DNA from: Trichodelitschia bisporula
Lineage: Eukaryota
Assembly (NCBI GenBank): GCA_010356995.1
Contig: ML996694.1
Coordinates: forward strand, 619,224-683,223
Reading direction: 5' to 3'
DNA length: 64,000 nucleotides
Part shown: positions 38,821 through 50,838 of the stretch, piece after piece
Layout: each line of letters opens with the position of its first letter
Numbering within the stretch: the stretch's first letter is position 1
The notes under the pieces: model-generated
The model's database searches: none
What the model saw: only the letters and a program-made list of their open reading frames with translations
What the model was told of the DNA's origin: nothing
Position numbers and translations under genes: made by a program

Positions 38821-39779
38821 TTGGTTCGACGGCACGAAAACGGGTTCATGCACTCTGCTCGCGCGGAGTCGTCGGCATTGGACGATGAGGGGCTGGTGGC
38901 ATTAAGGGAGGAGGCGGGAGGGGGGGAGGCGGGAGAGCTCGGCGAAGGCGCCGTCGATGTTGGCAGCGAGTTGAGGTGATTGCGCAATGAGTGAATATGG
39001 GATGATAATGACACGATGAAGGGGACTTGAGGCGATTGAGAGAGGGAGAAAAAAGAGAGTTGGAGTTGTTGACGGAGATGAGACAGGACGAGATGGCGAG
39101 AGCGGAGAGAACGAGAGAGAGAGAGAGAGGCGGGACGTCAAAGCTCGCGCGTCCCGCCAAGACCAGGACTCCTGAGGCTGGAGCTGACAGGCCGACGGAG
39201 CTAAGAAGGGAGGGGGGTACGAGGGAAGAAAAGGGACAAATAATGGCGGAGAATGTATTGGAGATGGCGATTACATCCGCATTGTGGCTATGTGATGGCA
39301 GGAGAGAAAAAGGAGAGAAAGGGACGAGGAGAGAAGTGCTGACGCGTTGCCGATGGAGGAGCTCAGACGCAAGACACATGAGAGACTGCAAGACGGACGA
39401 CACCTCTCCGTGACCTCCTTCATCAACAAGCTGAATGGTGATGTTGGCCTGTGCGCATCCCCCTCTCCTCCTCCCCACCACTCTCTTGATTCCTGAGGGA
39501 TTTTTATAGAAGGGTCAATTGCATCGGCCTTCTCCGCCTTCTAGTTCCATCGACTCGCGCACCCCGTCGCTTTGTGCAACAGTGAAGTTGACGTAGTACG
39601 GATTAGTGCTGAGTGTTCATGAGACCAAGTAAGGAGTTATGCCACCTTCCTCTCCCGTAAGCAGTAGGATTAGCCGCATATGCAGCCCCAAACGGACTTT
39701 ACTGGCCTTGTCTCCCTAATCGGGCTCTTATTCTACCCGGGATGTCGTAAGAGGTCTAGCCCTCCCGAGAGTGGAGTTC

Positions 39780-39818
39780 GAGGCGCAGTCGTGAGGCGCA
39801 GTCGTGAGGCGCAGTCGT
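39780..39818. repeat. Perfect 13-bp tandem repeat x3 (GAGGCGCAGTCGT)
   Basis: gaggcgcagtcgt occurs three times in a row in the SYT1/ECM14 divergent intergenic region. Confidence 0.9.
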
Positions 39819-40140
39819 CCGGCTTGCCTTGCCGGTAAGGCATCAGTTCCCGGTAATCGGCAGAGGCACGTGAGCGCCGACTGCACAACACCACGCTGAC
39901 GTCTCTCCAACCCCCAGTTTGGTAATTTTTCATCGTGATCTATTCTACGGTACGGCTTTGGAGCATACCTCATCGCTGTGATTGTCATAGTCCCATTGTC
40001 CGCCATATCTGCGCTGGGCCCGCAGTCTCTACCGGACGCGGTCCCCTCTGCGCACCCGTTTCTAGGCACCACAATTCGCCCCTCCCCCCGCTCCTGATAA
40101 CCACCACATTTCCTCGCACCGCACTCTCTCTATCGCTACA

Positions 40141-41972
40141 ATGCATCTATTACATCTAGGCACTTCCCTTCTCGCCCTCCCCTTCTCCCTCGCCGCCGTC
40201 GTCCCTCCTTCCTCTCGCCATCACACCTCGCGATGGACCTGGACGCGACTCTCCGATGGCCTAATCTCGTACATCTGGCCCGTACCCCCTCCTCCCGAGT
40301 CACCGCCAACGTCACCGCCAAAGGACATCGGGCTCTACGCGTCACAATACAAAGATCAGGTCGTCCTGCGCTTCAATGTGTCCACCCCCGCCGAGGCAGA
40401 AAGCCTTGCCATCGCCTCGGACGATCTGTACCTCGACGTGTGGGGTTTCAGTGACAACTGGGTGGACATCCGGCTGGACACTGCCGTGGTACACACCCAA
40501 TTCCCCAAACACTCTCCATCTGTACCCAAAGACTAACTCTACAGGTCCCCTCTCTCCTCGGCCTCCTCCCCACAAGCCTGCAGCGCGCTCACACACAGCT
40601 CATCCCCTCCTCGTCACTCGTCGCCGCCGTCGCCGCCAGTCGGCCGCAAACCGCAAGTCTGCACGACATCCTCTCAGGCGCGCGCCCCTCCGAGCCTACA
40701 AGTCCCTTCCCTCCACCCTCCCGCCGCATAACCTCCCTCCACGACGCCCAGACCCCCCTCCGCGACCCCGAAGCCGAAGGCAAGGACCTCTTCTTCGCCG
40801 ACTACCGCCCCCTCTCCGTCATTACCCCCTGGATGGCCCTCCTCGCTTCCATGTTCCCAACACACGTCTCACTCATCACCATCGGGACCAGCTACGAGGG
40901 GCGTCCCATCCAAGGCCTGCGCATCGGCGTCCGCCCGCCACCATCTCCACCTTCCGATCCCCTCGATCCACCTGAACCCCAAGAACCGCGCAAAACCCTG
41001 CTCATAACCGGCGGGCTGCACGCGCGCGAATGGGTCAGCGTCTCCAGCGTAACCTACATCGCCTACCGCGCCGCACTCCTCTACTCCAAATCCCCTCTCT
41101 GGACCCGCCTCCTCACGCACTACGACCTCATCTTCCTCCCCGTCTTGAACCCAGACGGCTACGTGCACAGCTGGACCACCGACCGCCTCTGGCGCAAAAA
41201 CCGGCAACCAACCTCCATGCGCTTCTGCGCCGGCCTCGACCTCGACCGCAGTTTCGGGTTCATGTGGGAGCGCAACGATGCCGGCGCGAGTAATCCGTGC
41301 TCCGAGAGCTTTCCCGGCGAGGCGGCGTGGGATGGCGTCGAGGCGCGCGCGCTGGCGGATTGGGCACGGAATGCGACGCTGAGCGGCGAGACGAGGTTTG
41401 TGGCCCTGCTCGATTTGCATAGCTACAGCCAGCAGGTCTTGTACCCGTACAGCTACTCCTGCGCCGCCTGGCCGCCGTCGCTCGAAGACCTCGAGGAGCT
41501 AGCCCTGGGTCTTGCAAAGGCGATGCGCGGCGCGCCCCACGGGAGGCCATACAACGTGCTCAGCGCATGCGAGGGCAATGTCGCCGTGGCCAAGCGGGGC
41601 GCAGGTGCCGTGCGGCTGCCGCGGATTGAAAGGGGTGGCGGGGCGGCGTTGGATTGGTTCTATCATGAGCTTAAGACGCCGTTTGCGTTTCAGGTCAAGT
41701 TGCGCGATGTGGGGAGTTATGGGTTTCTGTTGCCGAGGGGGAATATTATTCCCCAGGGACGGGAGGTGTTGTCTGCGGTGGAGTATATGGGACGGTGGTT
41801 GATGGGGGAGTTGGGGTTTGAGGCGGAGGAGGCGGAAGGGGAGGGCAAAACTGAGCGTGACGTGGGCAAGGGAGTGGGTGTTGTGAAGGACGTGGTTGAG
41901 GAGACGGCACTTGCGGTCGTCAATGCTCCTGAGGAGTACGAGGGGTGGTTCCGCCGGCGCCGGTGGCGGTAG
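40141..41972 (+). CDS. ECM14: Ecm14 M14 metallocarboxypeptidase-like protein (pseudopeptidase), 591 aa; intron 40489-40544
   Basis: Signal peptide and propeptide, GLHAREW, NPDGY..SW..DRLWRKNR, G.DLDRSF, LDLHSYSQQVLYPY, and QVKLRD with Lys in place of the catalytic Glu. Confidence 0.92.
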
Positions 41973-42329
41973 CGGACTGCTGATCTTGGAGTTCTGCAGG
42001 CAGACGGGGCATATATCCGGCGTTTTGCGGTGGGGATTAGGTTTCAGCGGTAGAGTCGCTAGATGACGGCCATGGTAACAATGTTGTACATCCGGCTGTT
42101 ATGTAATACGTATACTAGCCGGGATCCTAATGTTGAACGCCATGGAGGATATCCTTTCCCGTATGATACATGACCAGCCCCCACGCCTCGTGCTCGCCGG
42201 CCGAAGCTCCTATCCCGATATTATGACGCCTGCAATGTCCCCCCCAACGCCTCATACCCGACCCATCACATCATACACATAATACACAGCACATATACCC
42301 TCCACCAACCCCCCTAACAGCCCAGACTC

Positions 42330-44353
42330 CTAATCCAGACTATTTCGGACAGACTTCCTCCTCTTCCCCCGTCCCAACTCCTCCTCCGCCGCCACTGCCG
42401 TAACCAACACACTCTCACTCCTCTGCCCCTCAAGACTCTTCCGGGCAAACCCCTTCCTAATCCCCCTCTCCACCTTGGGTTCCACAAACCGATGCACGGT
42501 CCTATGATCCAGCACCCGGCCCTTGCCCTCCGTCTTCGGCCACTGAAACCCAAACACCTTGCTATGGCGCTCGCACCGCGGACACTCGTTCCGCGTCAGG
42601 TACGCATCCTCCTGCACAAAATCGGCTTCACACGTCCCGCACACGACCCAGCGGCTGTACTTCGATACCAGCAGCAAGGGGGTCAGCGTGTAATCGCCCG
42701 GCGTCCGCGCGACGGGTTCTGGGGCCAGCGGCTCGATCGTACGGTGGGCTTTCGGCTTGCGCTCACGGTGGGGGGGAGGCTTGCGGGTCTTCTTGGCGGG
42801 TCGGCCGCGGCGACGCTTGCGGGTCGCGGTTTGGGAAGCCTCGTCGACGGCAAAGTTCTCGAGCGAGGTGAGGTCGCTGTCTTCGTCTTCAGGCTTGATG
42901 GTGACATCTGGCTCCTTGAGCGCAACGACCGCAGCAGCGACCTCAGCGACTATGGCGACGGTGTCGATGGCGGGCGCGTCCTTCGGCTGCACAGAAAGGG
43001 TGTCCTCTGCGGGGGTGCTCGGGTTAGTTGCCGAATCGCTAGCGACAGACGGGACGGACCAAACGGGGGAAATATTGGGGGTGGAAGCGGCGGTGGAGCG
43101 GGGAGAAGCAGGAGTTGGGTCCGGAGTGGGATTAACGGAAGACATCTTGATTGACAGCTGCTCGGTCGTTGCGATGGGGCAGTCAGGGGTAGGATCCGGG
43201 ATTAAGTTTGAGAGCGGCTTGATCACCTGATTGACAGGCACACCGGGCTGTCCATCTCCCTTGTCGGCAGGGCTGGCGGAGGGCATCGTAAGCGCACTGG
43301 CGAGGTTCTCCGCGGCTGGGATAGAAGGCTCCACCATCGACAGCACCGACTCATCGCTCGGCTCGACCTTGGGCTCGACGTCCATGAGTTCAACGCACGC
43401 GCCACGCAGCGTCGAATGGCGCTTCCTGCGCTTCGCGGGCGGCTCATCGGGGGTACCCGAACGAGAGTTGCTGAGCGAGTCGCATGGATACTTACGCTTG
43501 CCGCGCAGCGAATACGGCGTCGATTCGTCCTCCTTCTGCTCCACCTTGGGCTCGCCGGACGCCCAGCCATTACGCTTGCGCATCTCGCAGCTACGGCAAA
43601 GACAGTCGCAGTTGTTCTCGCCAAAGTAGTCCGGGCCATATGTGACGGTGATCTCTTCGCCGACGTCGACGTCGCGCGCGGTGACGACCTGCATGCCGTT
43701 GGCGCCGATGGTGGAGAGTCGCGCGTTCGCGTCGCAGTCGTGGTTTGCGAAGCGGGCAGGACCGAGGAAGATGGACGTAACCTTTTTACGGCTCGACATA
43801 ACAATACTGAAGTTCTTGCTGGTCACGTCGAGGGTTTCCTCCTCCTCTTTCGTCATCGCGACTTGGATCCCGGTCAGGTAGCGGACGACCTCGCCCTTTG
43901 CGATGGTGCGGCGTGCGGTGATGGCCGCCTCGTGGGTCTCGATGGTGAAGCGGTTCGTGGTATTTACCTCAAAGGGGCAGTCCGTCAGATACATAGACAG
44001 GTATCTCTTGAGATGGCGCTCGAAGTGCTGCCGCTCGTCCTCGGTCCCGAGTTTGCGAACATAAGCGCGCATGCCCGGCAGCTCCAGGAGCTGAGTCGCA
44101 GCCTTGCCAATATCATTCTCCATAATGACAGCCGTGCGTACAATCTGCGCAACGTCTTCGTCCGTCATGCCCCGTGACGCACTGTACCGAGGCCGGTTCT
44201 TGCGGATCGTTGCCCAGAAGTACACCTGCGGCGGTTAGCAAAGCACACGCGCGCACGCACTCGGAGACATACATGGTCAACCAGCGCATCCGTCAAGACG
44301 TCGTCATAACTAGCAAGTTGTGCGAGAGTGAGCGCAGCGCGCTTGGGGGGCAT
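42330..44353 (-). CDS. SET9: Histone H4K20 methyltransferase Set9/KMT5, 658 aa; intron 44272-44226
   Basis: LTLAQLASYDDVLTDALVDH|VYFWATIRK, FSIVMSSRK, LGPARFANHDCDAN, GEEITVTYG.DYFG.NNCDCLC..CE post-SET motif, and a C-terminal C..C..CPRCERHSK motif. Confidence 0.95.
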
Positions 44354-45160
44354 GGTGGGCAGCGCAAGATCAGGACGAGCTTCAGGAACGAGAGAAAGTG
44401 GACTTGCGGGTCCTCGCCGGCTGGGAAAAAGAATGAAGCCAGCAGTGGGATATCTGCGAAAATAGACGTGTAAAGTTGCGAAGGAAGAGGAATTGGATGT
44501 GGCCACTGCCGTGGGAGAGAGTAGGGGAGGAACAGGTTGCGGTTGCGCGGGAGTTTGAGGAGAAGGTTGGGCGAAGCTGGCGCTGGTTCCTTGCCTTGGG
44601 CGAAGCGCAACCTTGCAGGCGAAGGAGCGACTAGACGCGCGCACGGCCGTTTTGGGACTGCTGGGCGGTTGCCCGCGCGCCTAGCCAAGCCTGCCTGGCG
44701 TGTTTCTGTCCGCCACGCCCCTGCATCCCTGGCGCACCTTGCCACTTAAGGGATAGCGTCGTGCGGGCCGGGTCGACCTCACTTTCGCGGGTAATGACAT
44801 CTCGGTTAGGGTTTCGGGTACTTCGTAGGTCATCCCGCAACATGCCGGTCCGAGCATCACCCAACAATGCCATTCATGCTGTTCCGAGAACGGGTACTGG
44901 GCAATACACAGCACAGAGACGAATTGAATAACAGGCGGAGCACATTCACTCTCCTTATCGGCTCAAACAACCCCCGGTCCTAAACTTGAGGCACCCAATA
45001 TGCGGCCTGCCGAAGCCAAAGCTCAGCCACGTCTAATTCAAGCGACGTCTGACCGCGCTTACCAGTTGAATATCGAAGCAGTGGTATAGGCCACATAAAA
45101 GGGAACTGCTTTGTCGTCTAAAAGCCCTACGAGTGCGACGTTCCTTATATCTCACATAAA

Positions 45161-45299
45161 CCTCGTCATCCCAACGTTCCCTTCACCTCGTCATCCCAAC
45201 GTTCCCTCCACCTCGTCATCCGATGTTCCCTCTACTTCGTCATCCAATGTTTCCTCTACCTCGTTATCCCATGTTCCCTCCACCTCATTATCCGATATT
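45161..45299. repeat. Degenerate 24/25-bp minisatellite, ~6 copies (CCTCGTCATCC(C)AATGTTCCCTCYA)
   Basis: Units start at 45161, 45186, 45211, 45235, 45259 and 45283 and encode D(N/D)EVE(G/E)T(W/L/S) repeats on the minus strand. Confidence 0.9.
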
Positions 45300-46291
45300 C
45301 GCTCCACCCCGTCAGCCCATAATATCTCCACAACACCCTCCCGATCACGCCTTTCCACGACCGTCTGCCATCCAAGCAGCGTTATCATCAACCACGATAG
45401 TTCCTCAATCCCACCCCACCTAACCTTCACCCGTCTTCCCGCCGGCCATATCCCGCGAACCTGCACTACCAGTCCCGCAAGGAACCTATTCCAGGTTATA
45501 TTCCCCCTTTGCATGCAATGCACCCCGACTACGTCCACCTCCCTAGCCCTAGAGAACGCCTCGCCCAGTGCCACCAGCATGTTCTCTGGGAAACCACGGA
45601 CCCCCCACACCGTCGCAACGATCTCTAGATTGATAATGAGCACCACATTCCGCAGCATATTTATCTCAACCGGCCGCCCGTCCCCAGTCTCGTCGAACAG
45701 CGCTAGCCGGCGGTACATATCCCACTCGCCGCTTTCGGGCCAATCCCTCGCCACATTGTACTTCCGGAGCCCGTACGTCATGTCATAATGCGCTAATGCC
45801 GTCGGCGTCCATAACGCGACTTCGAACATATTGATGCGGTAAAATGCCTCCCGTGCCTCTTCGGCCACCCATCTTGCCGTGCGGAGCAATGCAGCGTATG
45901 TGGGACCGACACTTCCGCCGCCATGCATGAAGACAAACTTGTGATCCGATAACGACCATGCGATTTGGATGCAGCCTGAAGGATCTCTATTGCGTGACTC
46001 CAACTCGGGTTTCGAAGGACGTTGACCCTCCGGCAGCCAGTCGAAACCCGGAGGACGGGGGCCTTTCGCTCGCGCTACATTTTTGTAGACGAGATCCCGC
46101 AATTCGCGAGGCAGCGCGGCAAGAGGGAAGAACGAAGTGGCAATTGAGGGCCTGGTTCTTCGGTGACGTGCTCCTGAATCATAGCGTTTCGGTGCAGCTT
46201 TGGCTTTGGCCTTTTTAACCTCCTTAGATATCCGGCTCCAGTCGTGATCTTCTTTGTCGGTCTTCGCCGACTCAGCACGGGAGGCATCGGG
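45191..46291 (-). pseudogene. F-box-like (LP.E.R..IY) protein; 5' end lacks an in-frame ATG (possible frameshift or pseudogene)
   Basis: The frame is open from 46291 (after a TAA) through FFPLAALPRELRDLVY...LLRTARWVAEEAREAFYRINMFE. The nearest ATG (46287, MPPVLSRRR...) is in another frame. Confidence 0.55.
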
Positions 46292-46824
46292 TTAGGCGGC
46301 AAAGAGAAAATGCAGACTGTCGGCTGAGAAAAGTCGCTGTTGAGCGATGGGACGAAATGCCTCTGCGGTCAGCATCTTAGTGATTGAAATAGTGACAAGA
46401 ACGTTATCCATACCTTGCGACGTAGTTTGTTGAGGGAGTCTCGTACTGGTCCGGTTGTGCAAGACGACTTGATGAGTGCCAATCTTACTGCCTTGTTGTT
46501 TCCTCACTGCGTAACGCTTTCGAACAGTTGGCAATGGAACTTGAAAGCTTACGTCGGCATACGATAGAAGCCAGTACGAAGCACCACAGAATAATGTCGC
46601 TCACGCTTTTTTAGATGATCAATGCTATCCCAGTTAGGCGGCGCCTCATTCGCAGAGAAGCTCCCAGAGACTTTAGAATATCAACGGCATCAGAATCAGA
46701 CGCTGTCTCACTCGCAGAGAAAATGACAGAGCGGGCACCAGATACCTATATATACCAGCTCCCAAAGGGTGGAATGAAGATGGCTTGATACCCCGCTTGC
46801 ATCTAAATTTACGGATTGGTCGGA

Positions 46825-47733
46825 ATGTCCGCCAACAAAACTGGCGCCGCCTGCAGGGCCAAGCCTGCGGCCAACCGCTCCCAGACGTCTAGGAACGCTG
46901 CATCTTCGGAGATGTCCGGACAACAGCTTACCTTCGCTCGCTTCCCGCCAGAAATCCGCAACCAAATCTACGAGGAGCTTCTAGTCGCCCGACCGCCCAA
47001 GGAACTTTACCGCAGCTCTAAGAACGACTTGTACCCAGGCCGGATCGAGATATGGCACGCACCCACGGGAGGCTGGTACTTCATCCCCAAGACCAGCCGG
47101 ACCTCGAGCCTCGATTTCAGCATCATGTATGCAGCGCGCTGGGTCGCCGACGAAGCGTGCGGCATCTTCTATAGGTGGAACATCTTCGAAGCCGTGGTCA
47201 CTAAGGGCTGGCGGAGCTCCACGCGTACCAGGAGCGAGCTGCAGGACATTGCGAGCACGCAGCCGCCGGTGCGAGTCGAGCTCATACGCTCGCTCGCTAT
47301 GGTGATTAACTGCAACACTGTGTACTGGAGACTGCTGGGAAACATCGCTGTCCAGTTCACGAATCTAAAAAGTGTGAGCATTGCTGGGGTTGATAAAGGC
47401 CTGAGATTCGCAAGCAATCATGGGAGTGTGGAGATTCCGGTGGTTTTGTGCGTGCTGCGAGACATGTGGCCAGAAGATGGTCAGGTGAAGTTACGGTTTT
47501 GCGAGAAGAAGGGGGTTAGTAAAGCGGCCTGGGGTCGAAGGTCTGCACGTGGAGCCGTGGTCCCCGTGAAGGTATGGGCGGAAGCTGAAAAGGTGGTGCG
47601 AGATGCTAGACACCAGGATGCCGACGGAGACGATCCGAAATGGAGCGGAAAGGCATGGAGATGGCCGAAAACCGGCAGGTTGGCGGCTCATAAGGATATC
47701 GTCGCAAAGTGGAGAAGGGTTTGGGAGGTTTAG
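46825..47733 (+). CDS. F-box-like (LP.EIR..IY) fungal hypothetical protein, ~302 aa, single exon
   Basis: FARFPPEIRNQIYEELL and SIMYAARWVADEACGIFYRWNIFE motifs; TATATA-like box at ~46748. Confidence 0.7.
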   Translation: MSANKTGAACRAKPAANRSQTSRNAASSEMSGQQLTFARFPPEIRNQIYEELLVARPPKELYRSSKNDLYPGRIEIWHAPTGGWYFIPKTSRTSSLDFSIMYAARWVADEACGIFYRWNIFEAVVTKGWRSSTRTRSELQDIASTQPPVRVELIRSLAMVINCNTVYWRLLGNIAVQFTNLKSVSIAGVDKGLRFASNHGSVEIPVVLCVLRDMWPEDGQVKLRFCEKKGVSKAAWGRRSARGAVVPVKVWAEAEKVVRDARHQDADGDDPKWSGKAWRWPKTGRLAAHKDIVAKWRRVWEV

Positions 47734-48185
47734 GTGATCGAAACCGAGGCGTATTTGAATGAACCTTTGGCATTTACCCTGGGAAAGATATGGTAATCAG
47801 TGAAATCGTAGGAGTGGTGCGCGTCAAGAACCAAATAAACAAGTGGCTAGCGTCGTCCGATGAGACTGTCGCTTGGAGGAACACGGCTTCTGTAGGCAAT
47901 TGAATCTTAGACAATCACGACCGCACAATGGTCCTGCGCATGTGATGGGAAACTCGACGTCGATTGACATGAACACGTCGCCACCGTGATCGGGGCGGAT
48001 AAACCAGCACCCGCTCACTGAACCACAGACGTCGGCTGGGCATCAGATCTAACTACAACTTACCTAAACATTGGCTGGTATGATCTGCAGTGTTCGAGTG
48101 TAATGACTAACATGTACTTCTCTTGTTCATAGGCTTCGCTCATCGACCGATCTCCCCAGTGCCATCCACTTCAACCTCCCTCCCA

Positions 48186-49517
48186 TCATGCCTCATCTCC
48201 CTCACTCCCCTCCCTCCTCGCATCCCTCTCCAGCCGCCGCCTCGCCGTCCCCACCCCATCCACACCACCTACCTGCCCCTCTCCAAGCCACGGCTTCTCC
48301 GCTTCACCCAACTCTCCATCGAGTGCAAAATACACAAACAAGCCCAGGACAATGAGCACAAACGCCACGGGATACATCCAATGCACCTTGAGGTGAAAGA
48401 CATGGATCCCGACGATCGTGCCCCAGAAATTTCCTGTCAGCAGGCTGATGTTCAGGAACGCGGCGCTGCCCATGCGGAACACGAGTGGCGCAATCGAGTA
48501 GAAGATGCACAGCAGCAAGTCAAACCCGGCGATATAACCCCCAATGGCTGGCTTGTACACCTTGACGGCGGCACGGAACGACTCCCGGTCGAAAATGGCC
48601 GCCTGCACGCCGTTGATCAGCATGCCCCAGAAGCCGATCATGCCGACCACCTCGTAGAGCGGGCGTTTGGAAACTAGCCACTCCTGCAGCACGTTCGAGA
48701 AGCCGTAGCACGTGGCACCGAGCAGCGCGAACAGATCACCCTTGAGCTGGTTCTCGGCAGGGAAGTCGGATGCGTGCGTGATGTGGTCCGAAGCAAGGAG
48801 AAGGCCCATTCCGGCGACACAAGTGACTATGCCAGCGACTTGCGGCCAGCCGTAGCGGACTTTCATGAAAAGGAATGAGATGATGACGACCACGACTATG
48901 GCCCAGAAGTTGATGAGTTGGGCGGACAGGATCGTGGTGTAGCGGAAGCCAAGTACAGTGAAGTAGTTGCCTTCGACGTCGCAGAAGGAGAGGATGGCAT
49001 CTGTTGCCTGGGATCAGTATGAAGCACGAATAGAATGCGATGCAATGGGACCTACACCGCCAGCCCTGCGTCTTGAACATCTCCCACCACCCCTTTGCAC
49101 CGTATTTGTACACCGTGATAGTCGTCCACACCGCATTTAGAAGCACGTAGTTGAAGAACGTCTGGAAAGCGGGGATATTGGCACCGGCCTCTGTCAGCAA
49201 CGACGAGAACGTATTCGTTCCGACGATGCAGAGTGCGAGAATCTGACTGTCGACCGTTAATCTCGTCGCGACATCAGCTCGAGTTAGCAAAAAACGTACC
49301 CAAACAACAAAACCAGCCAAAACTCCCGCGTCCTGATGTACCTGAACCACTGCCCCCTCTTCCTCTCCACGCCACTCTGGACGCGCTCAACATCGACACT
49401 AACTCCATCCTTGGTCTGCACGCTGCCCCCCCCCCCTGTAGTACCATCAGGCATACGTTCCGGACCAACAGGAGGAAAGGGCTCCGCGCGCGCGCCGTCG
49501 TTGCTTGCAGAAGCCAT
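48186..49517 (-). CDS. SLC35F/DUF914-family DMT transporter; introns ~49299-49247 and 49055-49001
   Basis: GQILALCIVGTNTFSSLL, P.FQTFFNYVLL, DVEGNYFTVL..RFTTILSAQLINFW, KGDLFALLGATCYGFSNVLQE, SAAFLNISLLTGNFWG; multiple transmembrane segments. Confidence 0.88.
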
Positions 49518-50838
49518 ATTCCAGACGTAACCAGCAGACAACCGATGGGGGGATGATCAGAGCAGCGTCAGTCGTCGTCGCAACAGCGTCCACAAACACA
49601 GTCCCAAAAGCCCACAGAGAAGAGGAAATCGCAAAAGTGGAGCTTTATAACCCTTTACGAGCGCAAAACTCCTGAAGTCGCTCGCGGGTATGTTCAGACA
49701 AGAGTCTGGAGGAATGGAGAAGCAGGAATGTTGTTGTGGTGGGGTGAAAAGGTTTGCGCGGGGCTGAGGGTTTTATTCGAGCCACTGGCCGCTAGCGGAG
49801 GGGACCCCTGCTCGCCGATGGCGGCATGAGCGGGAAGGTTGCGCTCGAGGACGGGAAGATCCTCGCTTGGCCCCGGCTAGGCTCTTTCTTTCCCCGGTTT
49901 CCGGTTCTCGGATGGGGGATCGGCGTCCGGGCTACTACGTGGAGGGGTGATTGGGCATACCGTAGTAGCAATGGATGATATTGCGACACAAGGTGTGACT
50001 TTAAAACAAGTTTTTGCGCTTGAAGACATTATTCAGGTTTTCCGGGAGTTCCACAGGTCTTATAGCTCCTCAAACGGCTCAGGGACGTTCCTTCCAATAC
50101 CCTACGGTGCGCGAGTTGAAACTGAGTGCTGTTCCTGCGTATCAGCAGAATATCGCCATCCGTCCAGCAACCCGGGAGATCTTGCGGCCTTCAGCAGCCG
50201 AAAAAGAGCTGGTGGTTTGCTGCACTACTTAGCATGAGTTGGAGATTCTGCCTCGCTGCCCACGCCCAAGGGTCACCAAAAAAAATGATGAACATCTCTT
50301 CAAAAAGTTGTGGCCGACTTTGGGCAAGGTCGTTGCCGAGTAAGAAGTCAGGACTATCATCGATGGGGGCTCATCACTTTTTCCGGTGGCCCATGGCCCT
50401 AAGGTTAGCCCCACTCGCCGCAAGCTCCGGCTACCCCGCATTTTGAGGCGAACGGATCTCATCTCAAAGACTTGACCTCATCCCGCAAGGCTCACTTCAG
50501 TTCGAGTGACATACATGTACGCGCTCACAATCCGCCACAAGGTCTCCAGTCGTCAATTGGACTACTCTAGATGGACTTAAGTTCAACACGATTGGCAGGC
50601 TCAGGCTTTTTTGGTTCGTCATCACGGATCAATTTTGTCTATCGTGAGACTCATAGCAGCTTTAGGTTCACCATCAGCTACTACAGATGAAGTGCACACG
50701 GATAAAATGGTGGACAAAAGCGAGTGAATCTTCCCATCGATTGTTTCTTCTCGTAAACTCGTAAGTTACCCAAAAGACCGTCCTACTGTTCATATATCGG
50801 ACAACCCACATAGGACTCCCATATTGCTTCCATGCCAT

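Noticed and set aside
41690..41710. Missing catalytic Glu in the carboxypeptidase (QVKLRD)
   Set aside because: A known property of the Ecm14 pseudopeptidase family, not a novelty.
45161..45299. Repeat array considered as CRISPR-like
   Set aside because: Head-to-tail units without unique spacers, in a eukaryotic coding context, with no cas genes.
50014..50480. Plus-strand frame interrupted by TAG/TAA stops, a possible decayed gene
   Set aside because: No recognisable protein motif or start context; indistinguishable from random sequence by eye.
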